Part shown: positions 36,611-48,870 of the stretch, piece after piece | Layout: each line of letters opens with the position of its first letter | Numbering within the stretch: the first letter of the stretch is position 1 | Source: Malacoraja senta | Taxonomy: Eukaryota | DNA: 64,000 bases | Reading direction: 5' to 3' | Assembly: GCA_038087875.1 (NCBI GenBank) | Contig: CM075992.1 | Location: 8,806,001-8,870,000 of the forward strand | The notes under the pieces: model-generated | Databases searched by the model: none | Told to the model about the DNA's origin: nothing | What the model saw: the letters and a program-made list of their open reading frames with translations, nothing else | Made by a program: the position numbers and the translations under genes

Positions 36611-37159
36611 CCAATCGTTTTGGCCCCGCTCTGGGAGTAGAAGTGGGGGCGGATCCGGATCCGCAACGGCCGTGAGCCCCAGGCCGAGCTCGGCGATCGC
36701 TTGCCTGCTTCTGCTGCTGGACTCTGGAGGTGAGACGTTGCGCCGAGCCAGGGTGTCCCACTTGGCCGACATTTACGCAACAGGCCGGTGGCGCGCGAAG
36801 ATTTCATGCAGAACAAAATCCTGGAGCGCTGCGCGATACCGCGCGCAACTCTCCGCGCCACTCCAAGCGCCCGTCCCGCGCAACCCACACGCTACCCACA
36901 CGCTACCCACACGCTACCCACACACTACCAAGTCGGTTGACCTGAGGGACTGGAGGTGGTATGGTGGGTAAGCAGATTTTTGATTTAGGTGGGGGCCCAT
37001 TAACTAACTGAAGGTGAGAAGCCTTCCTCTATAAACTGAGGAAAGCAAAATATGTTTAGTCAACAAGAGATTCAGCTTTGATCTCTCCGAAGAAGGGTCC
37101 CGATGTGAAACCTCACCTCTCCATGATCTTGTTGTTCCAAGATACAGTGCAAAGCCTTT

Positions 37160-37472
37160 AGTTCAGTTTAGTTTAGAGATACAGCGCGGAAACAGGCCCT
37201 TCGGCCCATCGAGTCCGCACCGACCAGCGATCCCCGCACACTAACACTATCCCACACACACTAGAGACAATTTACATTTACCAAGCCAATTAACCTACAC
37301 ACTTGTACGTCTTTGGAGTGTGGGAGGAAACCGAAGATCTTGGAGAAAACCCACGCAGGTCACGGGGAGAAGGTACAAACCCCGTACAGACAGCACCCGT
37401 AGTCGGGATCGAACCCGGGTCTCTGGCGCTGCATTCGCTGTAAGGCAGCAACTCTACCGCTGCCCCACCGTG
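37160..37472 (-). mobile_element. V-SINE (HE1-like), full length
   Basis: Complete reverse-complement copy. Confidence 0.88.
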
Positions 37473-37510
37473 AGCGCCCACACGATGTTGCATGCTTTCG
37501 TTGCGTGCTA

Positions 37511-37888
37511 TCCAGAACCAGGGGCCACAGTTTTCCAGAACCAGGGGCCACAGTTTTCCAGAACCAGGGGCCACAGTTTTCCAGAACCAGGGGCCACAGT
37601 TTAAGAATAAGGAGTAAGCCATTTAGAACGGAGACGAGGAAACACTTTATCTCACAGAGAGTGGTGAGTCTGTGGAATTCTCTGCCTCAGAGGGCGGTGG
37701 AGGCAGGTTCTCCGGATGCTTTCAAGAGAGAGCTAGATAGGGCTCTTAAAAATAGCGGAGTCAGGGGATATGGGGAGAAGGCAGGAATGGGGTACTGATT
37801 GGGGATGATCAGCCATGATCACATTGAATGGCGGTGCTGGCTCGAAGGGCCGAATGGCCTATTCCTGCACCTATTGTCTATTGTCTAT
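37511..37888 (+). mobile_element. CR1/HER1 3' fragment with its first 23 nt repeated four times
   Basis: (TCCAGAACCAGGGGCCACAGTTT)x4 at 37511-37602, then normal CR1 to the tail. Confidence 0.9.
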
Positions 37889-38794
37889 TATCAGTGGAAA
37901 GACAATACATGATTACAATCGTATTGTCCACAGTGTACAGATACAGGATAACTGTACACTGCACAATGACAATAAAGTTGAATCTGAATCTGAATCTGAA
38001 TAACATGAATAACGTTTAGTGCAAGTAAAGTCCGATCAAAGATAGTGCGAGGGTCTCCAGTGAGGTAGATAGTAGCTCTGGGCAGCTTTCTAATTACTAG
38101 GGTGGTTCAGTTGCCTGATAACAGTTGGGAAGAAACTGTCCCTGAATCTGGAGGCGAGCGGTTCCATACTTTAGTTTTTGGGGAGGCCATTGTCCCAATC
38201 TAAGTCACAGCAATCTGAGCTGAGATCAGTCTCAGTAAATGTTCTCTCTCGGACACATGATAAAGGCAATAACGTATCTATACAGTGTGAACGGCTCGAT
38301 TGTAATCATGTATTGTCTTTCCGCTAACTAGTTAGCAGGCAACTAAAGCTTTTCACTGTACCTCGGTACACGTGACAATAAACTAAACTGAACTGTTTTA
38401 GTGCAAGATAAAGTCCGATCAAAGATAGTCTGGCCCGCTGGGTTACTCCAGCACGTGGTGCCTTGTGCTTTGATCTGTGGCTCTCTTCAAATTACAGGCT
38501 GACACACCGTCTATCAACGTGTGTGTGTGTGTGTGGGAGTAATAGAGAGGTTAGGGACAGCCAGCCATGCCTCTGTTTTTTGACCAACATTGTACCATTA
38601 AATCTTGTGACCACAGAGGGCCAGGGGCATGAGCTGACTGACCTCTGACACTTTTCGTACCAACACCCTTCATTATCTTTAGTTACACATCAGCAGTCTC
38701 GGTGTCTCGCGGCCATTGGGAGTGTGTGACAGGCTTTGGGGGGGTTCTGGAGGGGGGAGGGGGTTCCAGGCCTGCTCTGCCCCCTAGGCAGGGG

Positions 38795-39285
38795 TACGGT
38801 AGAGTTGCTGCCCTACAGCGCTTGCAGAGCCAGAGACACGGGTTCGATCCCGACTACGGTGCTGTCTGTACGGAGTTTGCACGTTCTCCCCGTGACCTGC
38901 GTGGATTTTCTCCGAGATCTTCGGTTTCCTCCCACACTCCAAAGACGTGCAGGTTTGTAGGTTAATTGGCTTGTCACACTTGGGCGCCATTTGCGCTTCA
39001 TTTACACGACATCAATTACGCGTCACGAAGCACGACCCGTGCCTGGTGATGTAGGCCGTGATGCGCGGTTGCGCGTCACGGCCTCCCAGGATTTTGGAAT
39101 GTACAAAATCTTCGCGCGCCATCTGCGTGACGCGCAAATGACAGGCCCTTTAATTAGCTTGGTGTAAATGTAAATTGTCCCTATTGTGTGTGTAGGATAG
39201 TGTTTGCGGATCGATGGTTGGCGCAGACTCGATGGGCTGAAGGGCCTGTTTCTGCGCTGTATCTCTAAACTAAACTAAACTAAAT
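38795..39285 (+). mobile_element. V-SINE interrupted by a Harbinger-like MITE remnant (~38970-39152)
   Basis: SINE breaks after GGTTAATTGGCTTG and resumes TAATTAGCTTGGTG. Confidence 0.75.
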
Positions 39286-39294
39286 AATATTTCA

Positions 39295-40218
39295 TAAGTT
39301 CATAAGTGATAGGAGCAGAATGAGGCCATTCGGCCCATCAAGTCTACTCCACTATTCAATCATGGCTGATCTATCTTCCCCTCTCAACCCTTCTCCCCAA
39401 AACCTCTGACAATTTATTAATCAAGAATATATCTATCTCTGCCTTAAAAATATCCACTGACGTGGCCTCCACAGCCTTCTGTGGCGATGAGTTCCACAGG
39501 ATCACCACCCTCTGACTAAAGAAATTCCTCTTCATCTCCTTACTGAAGGAACGTCCTTTAATTCTGAGGCTGTGCCCTCTGATCCTAGACTCTCCCACTA
39601 GTGGAAACATCATCTCCACATCCACTCCATCCAAGCCTTTCGCTAACTTCAACTGAACTAAAAACTCTGTGGGAAGGAACAATAGACAATAGACAATAGA
39701 CAACAGGTGCAGGAATAGGCCATTCGGCCCTTCGAGCCAGCACCGCCATTCAATGTGATCATGGCTGATCATCCCCAATCAGTACCCCGTTCCTGCCTTC
39801 TCCCCATATCCCCTGACTCCGCTATCTTTAAGAGCCCGATCTAGCTCCATCTTGAAAGCATCCAGAGAACCTGCCTCCACCGCCTTCTGAGGCAGAGAAT
39901 TCCACAGACTCACCACTCTCTGTGAGAAAAAGTGTTTCCTCGTCTCCGTTCTAAATGGCTTACTCCTTATTCTTAAACTGTGGCCCCTGGTTCTGGACTC
40001 CCCCAACATCGGGAACATGTTTCCTGCCTCTAGTGTGTCCAAGCCCTTAACAATCTTATTTGTTTCAATGAGATCCCCTTTCATCCTTCTAAACTCCAGA
40101 GTGTACAAGCCCAGCTGCTCCATTCTCTCAGCATATGACAGTCCCGCCATCCCGGGAATTAACCTTGTAAACCTACGCTGCACTCGCTCAATAGCAAGAA
40201 TGTCCTTCCTCAAATTAG
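39295..40218 (-). mobile_element. Two CR1/HER1 3' fragments of different subfamilies
   Basis: 39295-39640 (KGLDGVDVEMMFPLVGESR) and 39680-40218 (PNLRKDILAIE...GTGY*). Confidence 0.9.
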
Positions 40219-40829
40219 GGAACTGCAGATGCTGGTTTAAACCGAAGATAAACACAAAATGCTGGAGTAACTCAGCGGTACAAGCAGATGCTGCCTTAAA
40301 CTAGCATTAAACTAAGCTATCAAAGGACTGGGGATATCTAAATGTTGATAGTTGCAAACCCTCTCTGCCCCGTGGATGAGCAGCAGATAAAGGCTGATAA
40401 ATCCCCAGGGCCAGATGGCCTACTCCGGCACCTATTGTCTATTGTCTATTGTCTGTCAGACTCCTGTCATTCTGCAGCACTGTGGAGGAGGAATCTGATG
40501 AAGGGTCTCGACCTGAAACGTCACCCATTCCTTTTCTCCAGAGATGCTGCCTGTCCCGCTGAGTTAATCCGGCTTTTTATGTCTAGCTATTGTTTTTATT
40601 TCACAATCAGAAACTGGAACAAGGAATTCAAGTAAGCAGAGCTCTCACTCCCCTTCTGCTCTCCCTCCCGACTACATACTTGGGAGTCTTCAATAGGTCT
40701 TAACTCCACTCAGCCCCTCGAGTCCCAGACAACATCCTGGTAAAGATAGACACAAAATGCCAGAGTAACTCAGCAGGAGAGACCGAAGAAGGGTCTCGAC
40801 CCGAAACGTCACCCGTTCCTTCTTTCATC

Positions 40830-41135
40830 TTAGAATAAAAGGGAGGTCATTTAAGACTGAGGTGAGAAAAAACTTTTTCACCCAGAGAGTTGTGAATTTG
40901 TGGAATACCCTGCCACAGAGGGCAGTGGAGGCCAAGTCACTGGATGGATTTAAAAGAGAGTTAGATAGAGCTCTGGGGGCTAGTGGAGTCAAGGGATATG
41001 GGGAGAAGGCAGGCACGGGTTATTGATAGGGGACGATCAGCCATGATCACAATGAATGGTGGTGCTGCCTCGAAGGGCCGAATGGCCTCCTCCAGCACCT
41101 ATTTTCTATGTTTCTATGTTTCTATGTTTCTAAGT
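40830..41135 (+). mobile_element. CR1/HER1 3' fragment
   Basis: FTQRVVNLWNTLP...GYGEKAG, (TTTCTATG)n tail. Confidence 0.88.
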
Positions 41136-41749
41136 TTCCAGAGCTGCCGCCTGCCCCGCTGAGTTACTCCAGCATTTTGTTTCTATCTTCTGTGTAAACC
41201 AGCATCTGCAGTTCCTTCCAACACAGGAATGTCTGTCTGTCTGTCTGCCAGGAGGCTGCTGCCCACAAGTGTAATACCCAATCCAACACAATTTAATGGC
41301 AATTCAAATCATTCATTAGGCTCGACAGCAGCCTAATAATGGAACTGACTTCACAAACTCTGGTGCCAACTAACCACACCACAACTCACCCAGCCAACAT
41401 TGACTCATCTGTGTCGTACTTTAGCCGAATAAATATTTTTGAAGTGGGCAGCAATGATATTTTTCTCACACAAATATTTTTCTCTGCTTGAGATAGACAC
41501 AAGAAGCTCAGCGGGTCAGGCAGCATTCCTGGAGAAAATGGATAGGTAACTTTTCAGGTCAAGATCCTTCTTCAGACGTCTTGACCTGAACCGTCATCTA
41601 TTCCTTTTCTTCCAGCTGCTGCCTGTCCCGCTGAGTTACTCCAGAGTTTTGTGTCTATCTTCGGTGTAAATCAGTTCCTTCCGACACATTTCTCTCAGCT
41701 TGTCAGTCAGCTGATGGAATGGGCATGAGAAAATGAACTATGATCGGAG

Positions 41750-42240
41750 TTAGACAAAAATGCTGGAGAAACTCAGCGGGTGAGGCAGCATCTATGGAGC
41801 TTAGGAAATAGGCGACATTTCGGGTCGAGACCATTCTTCAGACTGATGTCGGGGGGGCGTGAAAAATGTCGGGGGGGGGCAGGAAAAAAGAAAGGAAGAG
41901 GCGGAGACAGTAGGCTGTGGGAGAGCTGGGAAGGGATGGGGAAGGAGGGAGAAAGCATGGACTACCTGAAATTGGAGAGGTCAATGTTCATACCGCTGGG
42001 GTGTAAACTACCCAAGCGAAATATGAGGTGCTGCTCCTCCAATTTGCGGTGGGACTCACTCTGGCCATGGAGGAGGCCCAGGACAGAAAGGTCAGATTAG
42101 GAATGGGAGGGGGAGTTGAAGTACTGAGCCACCGGGAGATCAGGTTGGTTATTGCGAACCGAGCAGAAGTGTTGGGCGAAGCGATTGCCAAGCCTACGCT
42201 TGGTCTCACTGATGTAGAGCAGTTGGCACCTGGAACAGCA
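41750..42240 (-). mobile_element. Penelope-like retroelement 3' end with degenerate GIY-YIG endonuclease
   Basis: CSRCQLLYISETKRRLGNRFAQH..SVRNNQPDLPVAQYFNSPSHS*SDLSVLGLLH...RKLEEQHLIFRLGSLHPSGMNIDLSNFR* (stop 41962-41964), followed by the terminal repeat found throughout the window. Confidence 0.88.
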
Positions 42241-42264
42241 ACTGATGTCGGAGGGGGGGGGGGT

Positions 42265-42575
42265 TAGTTTAGTTTCGAGATACAGCGCGGAAACAGGCCC
42301 TTCGGCCCAACAAGTCTGCGCTGACCAGCGATCCCCGCACACTAACATTATCCTACATGCACTAGGGACAATTTTACATTTACACCAAGCCAATTAACCT
42401 ACAAACCTGTACGTCTTTGGAGTGTGGGAGGAAACCGAAGATCTCGGAGAAAACCCACGCAGGTCACGGGGAGAACGTACAGACTCTGTACAGACAGCGC
42501 CCGTAGTCAGGATTGAACCCGGGTCTCTGGCGCTGTGGGGCAGCAACTCTACCGCTGCGCCACCGTGCCGCCCTC
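42265..42575 (-). mobile_element. V-SINE (HE1-like), full length
   Basis: Complete reverse-complement copy ending CCACCGTGCCGCCC. Confidence 0.88.
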
Positions 42576-42954
42576 AATGAAAAAAATAATTTGCAGATGT
42601 CAAGGGGGGAGGATGGTAAGATCAGGGCAGTTTGTCCTGACGTTACCTCCTGTGGCTGAGCAGGTGTATCCTCCCTGCACACATACGGAACGAGATATAA
42701 AGTGCTGGAGTAACTCAGCGGGTCAGGCAGCATCTGTGGAGAACATGGTTAGGTGATGTTTCGGTTTGTGAACTTTCTTTCCCGGCCCGAAACGTCGCCT
42801 ATCCATGTTCACCTGCGATGCTGCCTGACCCGCTGAGTTACTGCAGCACTTTGTTTGTGAACCAGCATCTCAAATAGATCCTGCAGCCCTTCTTAAATAG
42901 AGATATTTAGAGCTGCCAGAGGAGGTAATTGAGGCAGGCACTATCACAATGTTT

Positions 42955-43500
42955 AGAAACATAGAAAATAGGTGGAGGAGGAGGCCATTCAGCCCTTCGA
43001 GCCTGCACCGCCATTCAATATGATCATGGCTGATCATCCAAAATCAGTACCCCGTTCCTGCTTTTTCCCCAAATCCCTTGATTCCTTTAGCCCTAAGAGC
43101 TAAATCTAACTCTCTCTTGAAAATATCCAGTGAATTGGCCTCCACTGCCTTCTGTGGCAGAGAATTCCACAGATTCACAACTCTCTGGGTGAAAAAGTTT
43201 TTCCTCATCTCAGTCCTAAATGGCCTACCTCTTATTCTTAAACCATGACCCCTGGTTCTGGCCTCCCCCAACATGGGGAACATTTTTCCTGCATCTAGCC
43301 TGTCCAGTCCCTTAAGAATTTTACATGTTTCTATAAGATGCCCTCTCATCCTTCTAAATTCCAGTGAATACAAGCCCAGTCGACCCATTCTTTAATCATA
43401 GGTCAGTCTCATTCCGGGAATAAACCTGGTAAACCTACGCTGCACTCCCTCAATAGCAAGAATGTCCTTCCTCAAATTAGGAAACCAAAACCGCACACAA
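42955..43500 (-). mobile_element. CR1/HER1 3' fragment
   Basis: MGRLGLYSLEFRRMRGHLIETCKILKGLD...GTGY*. Confidence 0.9.
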
Positions 43501-43784
43501 TTTAAAAATCATTTGTTTCGGTACATGGATAGGAATAGTTTGGAGGGATATGGGCCAAACACAGGCAGGTGGGATTAGTAGAGGGGATATGTTGGTGGGT
43601 GTGGGCAAGTTGAGATGAATGGTTTGTTTCCACGCTGTATCACTCTGGGACTCTAATACTACACTCTGTCGACTTCACTTCTGAAACATCCCTCAACATC
43701 CTTGAGAGGGGTAGTTCCAAACCTCCTCCCCCCTGGCTGTGAGGCTGCGATGCCAAGTCAGTGGATATTTTTAAGACAGAGATA

Positions 43785-44335
43785 GTTGCCTGATAACAGC
43801 TGGGAAGAAACTGTCCCTGGATCTAGAGGTGGGCGTTTTTACACTTCTATACCTTTTGCCCGATGGGAGAGGGGCAAAATCTGTGTCTCTCGTAATATTA
43901 TATACTTTATCAGATTGTCCCGCAGTCTCTGACACGCCTGCAAAAACAATCCAAGTTTGTTTAGCCTCCCCTTATAGCTAATACACTCCAATCCACACAG
44001 CATCCTGGTAAATCTCTTCTGCACCTCTACAGGTTCTGCACCCTTCCTATAATGCAGTGACCAGTACTGCACCCAATATGCAACAAAAAAACCACGGTAC
44101 TGGAGTAACTCAGGGGGTCGGGCAACATCTATGGAGGGTGGTTAATCTGTGGAATTCTTTGTCACAGACGGCTGTGGAGGCTGTCAATGGATATTTTTAA
44201 GGCAGAGATAGATAGATTCTTGATTAGTACGGGTGTCAGAGGTTAGGGGGAGAAGGCAGGAGAATGGGGTTAGGAGGGAAAGATAGATCAGCCATGATTG
44301 AAGACATGATGGGCCGAATGGCCTAATTCTACTAT
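43785..44335 (-). repeat. Copy 1 of a ~550-bp inverted duplication (partner 63292-63848)
   Basis: Same composite junctions. ORFs 43839..44072(-) and 63561..63794(+) differ at only 3 of 77 residues. Confidence 0.9.
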
Positions 44336-44984
44336 TTCTTATGACCGTATAACTGCAGTCCCTTGTGTCTACAGCATACTGAGATGTTTGTAGGGGAATC
44401 AGTGACTTAATGTCCCTTGTTGTAAGGAGAACCCAACAAGCCTGGCCCCCTCCCTGTGCCCCCGCTCTGCACCACTCTAACCCCCAACCCTCTCCCACCA
44501 TCACTCGCTCCAGCTCCCCATTACTTGGCCTGGCCTGGCCTGGCCTGGCCTTGCTGGTCAGTGTGACCCTGCTCCATCTCAGCGCCGTGCCGGCAGGGAC
44601 CCACCCTCAGCCACTCGACGTCGGAGCCACTAAAGAACCAGTCCCGCATGTGTGGCAGGAACTATCGGCAAACAGTGAGTGTTTACAAACAATCAGAGAG
44701 CCCTGTGAAAGGGCAGCGGGCTGGGAATTATGGAAACACGTCCCGTGTTTAGTCAAAATATCTAATAGATGCTTGTCACCTCACCCTTGGCATGGAATGG
44801 AGCGACCAATATCATCAACTCGATGAAACTAAAGCAACTCCATTATACACACAAGTGAAAGCTTCCTGATACCAGCAGAGTGACAACAGACACACACTCA
44901 CACTCACTTTATGTCAAAACTGTTGCTGCACTTAAGAAATGACTCAGGGCTGCAGACAGGGGAGTTGGAAAAACGTTGTTGTCA

Positions 44985-45990
44985 GTGTGCATGGTGGCAC
45001 AGTGGTAGAGTTGCTGCCTCACAGCAACAGAGACCTGGGTTCAATCCTGACCACGGGTGCTGTCTAAAGTAAGTAAAGTGAGTAAAGTATCCTTTATTGT
45101 CATTCAGACATTTCAGTCTGAACGAAATGGTGAACCTTGCAGTCATAACATAGAATAAAATAACAAAACACACACTTAACACAGATTTAACATCCACCAC
45201 AGTGAGTCTACCAGGCACCTCCTCACTGTGATGGAAGGCAAAAGTCTTAAAGTCCTTGTCTCTTCCCTCCTTGTTCTCCCTCTGCGTTGAGGCGATCCAG
45301 GCTTCCGATGTTGTGACCCCACCGGGTGATGGTAAGTAAGTCAGTCCCGCGGCTGAGTCTGAGCTCCGCGAACGGGTCGGATCAAACTCCGGGGCCCGGG
45401 GCGGACGAAGCTGCCACCCTCCAGTCCAGCGGACGAAGCTGTCATTGCGGGAGCTCCGGGGAACCGGTCACCAACCTGGGACCTGCGAGCTCCCGAAGAT
45501 GTCGTCCACTGGGACCGCGGCCGAGCCTCCGAGGCTCCGAAGTCTGGTCGCCACCACCGTAACGCCACCACAGCCCTGAAGTCGGGTCCCGCCGCTGTAA
45601 TGCCACCACAGCCCCGAAGTCGGCCAGCCCCAAAGTTGGTAAGTCATGGCTCTGCCTCCGGAGCCTCGAGGTCGGTCCCAGTTGGAGGCCGCCAGCTCCA
45701 CAATTAAGTCTCAGCGCAGACGGAGACTGGGGATACGACAAGAAAAGGTCGCATCCCCCCGAAGGAGGAGACTAAAAACAGTAAAAACGGAGTTTGTACA
45801 TTCTCCCCGTGACCTGCGTGGGTTTTCTCCGGGTGCTCCGGTTTCCTCCCACACTCCAAAGACGTGCGGGCTTGGAGGTTAATTGGCTTTGGTGAAATTC
45901 TAACTTGTCCCCAGTGTGTGTAGGATAAGGATAATGTTAGTGTACGGGGATCGCTGGTCGGCACGGACTCGGTGGGCCGAAGGGCCTGGT
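44985..45990 (+). mobile_element. V-SINE interrupted by a ~720-bp unclassified GC-rich retroposon (~45066-45785)
   Basis: SINE head ends GGTGCTGTCT and resumes ACGGAGTTTGTAC. The insert shares AACATCCACCACAGTGA..CCTCACTGTGATGGAAGGC with ~46335-46715. Confidence 0.65.
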
Positions 45991-46934
45991 TTCTGCATTG
46001 GATCTCTTAAATCTAAAGTAAACTTAACATTTGAAGACCACTCTCGACCTGAAGTTATCATCTCTACAATTGATTTTGACAGAAGTAAGTTTACTCTAGG
46101 TACAAAATGACAACTAAACACTATTCTAAGAGGACAGGACAGGTTTGGAGGGATATGGACCAAATGCAGGCAGGTGGGACTAGAATAGATGGGGCATTTT
46201 CGCCAGTGTGGGCAAGTTGGGCCGAAGGGCCATCTCTCTATAACCCCACTGGAGGAGAGTCTAGGACCAGAGGTCACAGCCTCAGAATTAAAGGGCATCT
46301 TTTAAAAAGGAGGTGAGGAGGAACTTCTGTTGTCAGAATCAGAATCAGAATCAGATTTTAATTCGCCAAGTATGTTTTGCAACATACGAGGAATTTCACT
46401 GGCCAGGTCAGTCATACAATTAAAAGCAACAGATCACTCAAAACACATTTCAACATGAACATCCACCACAGTGACTCCTACACATTCCTCACTGTGATGG
46501 AAGGCGAAATAAAGTTCAAATCCTTTCCTTTAGTTCTTCCTTGGTCGGGGGCCTCGAGCCTCGAGCCCACCGTTGACGGGACGATCTTGACTCCCGTAGC
46601 CGGCGGCGTTCGGGCCCTCCGCGTCGAGGCGATCTGCTCCCGCATCGGGGGCGATTTATAATTTTTAATCGCCCGCGCTGGACGATCGAACCTCGCGTCG
46701 GGGCTGGTCGAACCAACTGGGTTGGAGGCCAAGTCAGTGGATATTTTTAAGGCAGAGAGATAGACAAATTCTTGATTAGAATGGGTGTCAAGGGTCATAG
46801 GGAGAAGGCAGGAGAATGGGATTAGGTGGAAGAGATCAGCCATGATTGAGTGGCGGAATGGACTCGATGGGCCGAATGGCCTAATGCTTCTCCTATAACT
46901 TGTGAACTTGTGACTCTATAACTAAGATGTAATT

Positions 46935-47120
46935 AGGTGCCAGTGCTGCTGGAAAGTGGCCAAGGTGCCCGTGGACACTGCCTGCACCCTCTCCAGGGAC
47001 TCACGGGCACGGAGGTAGGCCAGTGTTGGGCAGTCGGCCTGGGTGGAGCCATCGTCTGCCCGCTACCACCACCCACCAATGTCCAGCTTGGCCAGGCCCA
47101 GCAGCAAACCCACCCTCCCA
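46935..47120 (-). mobile_element. Old Tx1/L1-type ORF2 C-terminal fragment
   Basis: Minus strand reads roughly VGLLLGLAKLDI...LRARESLERVQAVSTGTLATFQQHW, resembling the Tx1 ORF2 end. Confidence 0.55.
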
Positions 47121-48154
47121 CCCGAAGGGCCGAATGGCCTCCTCCTCCACCTAATGTCTATTGTGCGTTCTCCCCGTGACCTGCGTGGGGTTTCTCTAAG
47201 ATCTTCGGTTTCCTCCCACACTCCAAAGATGTACAGGTTTGTAGGTTAAAAGGCTTGGTATAAAAGTAAAATTGTCCCTGGTGTGTGTAGGATAGTGTTA
47301 GTGTCGCTGGTCAGGGCGGGCTTGGTGGGCCGAAGGGCCTGCATCCACGCTGTATCTCTAAACTAAACTAAAGTCACTGAAAGCCAATGAATTAGGAAGG
47401 AAAGCTATATGCCAGCCTTTATTTCCAGAGGATTTGGGTACAAATGGTTTACGATAATGATAAGGGTTTCATTGAAGAAGGGTTTCGGCCCAAAACGTTG
47501 CCTATTTCCATCGCTCCATAGATGCAGCTGCACCCACTGAGTTTCTCCAGCACTTTTGTCTACCTACCATAATGATAACGTACTGGTGAGACCATGTCTG
47601 GTGAAGTTTGTACAATGATGGTCTCTTTATTTTGTGCAGCAGTCATTCTCCAGACTGGTATCACCTCAAGTAGCCCTTGCTTTCTTCCCTCTCTCTCCAT
47701 CCCTCCCCCTTCCCAGTACTCCCACCAGTCTTACTGCCTCCGACTACATTCTATCTCTGTACTGCCCGCTCCCCTGACATCAGTCTGGTGGAAGCGTCTC
47801 CACTCGAAATGTCACCCATTCCTTCGCTCCAGAGATGCTGCCTCACCCGCTGAGTTACTCCAGCATCTTCCTTTGATTTAAACCAGCATCTGCAGTTCCT
47901 TCCTACACATTCTCCAGACCGGTTCCTGGAATGGCTGCTCTCCCAGATGAGAGGAGACCTAGGTTCCCAGTTTGTTATCTGCACTAGAGAGTATTAACTC
48001 CAAGGAGAGGTTTCATTTCTGTGGAGCATCAGAGGCTGAGGGGAGACCTGATAGAGGATTACAAATTATAAGAGGCATAGATAGCGTAGACGGTCTGAAT
48101 GTTTTCCCCAGGGTAGTACTGGGTAGTCACGTACCCGATGGCAGTGGTAGAGTT

Positions 48155-48435
48155 GGTGGCGCAGCGGTAGAGTTGCTGCCTTACAGCGCCAGAGCCCCGA
48201 GTTTGATCCTAACCTCGGATGCTGACTGTACAGAGTTTGTACATTCTCCATGTGACCTGCGTGGGTTTTCTCTGGGTGCTCCAGTTTCCTCCCACCTCCC
48301 AAAGACGTACAGGTTTGCAGGCTAATAGGCCTCTGTAAATTGTCCCAGTGTGTAGGATAATGCTAGTGTACGGGAGTCACTGGTTGGTGTGGATTTAGTG
48401 GGCCTGTTTCTATATCTCTAATCTATATCTCTAAA
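48155..48435 (+). mobile_element. V-SINE (HE1-like)
   Basis: A box GGTGGCGCAGCGG, V-domain and tail. Confidence 0.8.
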
Positions 48436-48449
48436 TGAAATATCTCCAG

Positions 48450-48870
48450 TAAGTAAGTAAGTAAGTAAGTTTATTGGCCAAGTATTCACATACAAGGAAT
48501 TTGCCTTGGTGCTCCGCCCACAAGTAACAACATGACATACAGTGACAGTTACGAATGACTCAGAAAACACTAAACATTAATAATAATAAAACATTAATGA
48601 TAAAACACCATTGATCAAGCATGTGAACCAACAAAATACCAGATCAAAGGGAGGCTACAGATTTTTGGCTGTTGAGTAGAGCAACTACTCGTGGATAAAA
48701 ACTGTTTTTATGTCTGGCTGTGGCAGCTTTGACAATCCGGAGTCGCCTTCCAGAGGGAAGTGATTCAAAGAGTTTGTGGCCAGGGTGAGAGGGGTCAGAG
48801 GTGATCTTGCCCGCTCGCTTCCTGGCCCTTGCAGTGTACAGTTCATCAACGGAGGGAAGGTTGCAGCCAA
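48450..48870 (-). mobile_element. Rex1/Babar-like LINE 3' fragment (related copies ~15015-15185, ~26730-26985)
   Basis: Minus strand LPSGRRLRIVKAATARHKNSF-type motif; (TTAC)n tail. Confidence 0.6.
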
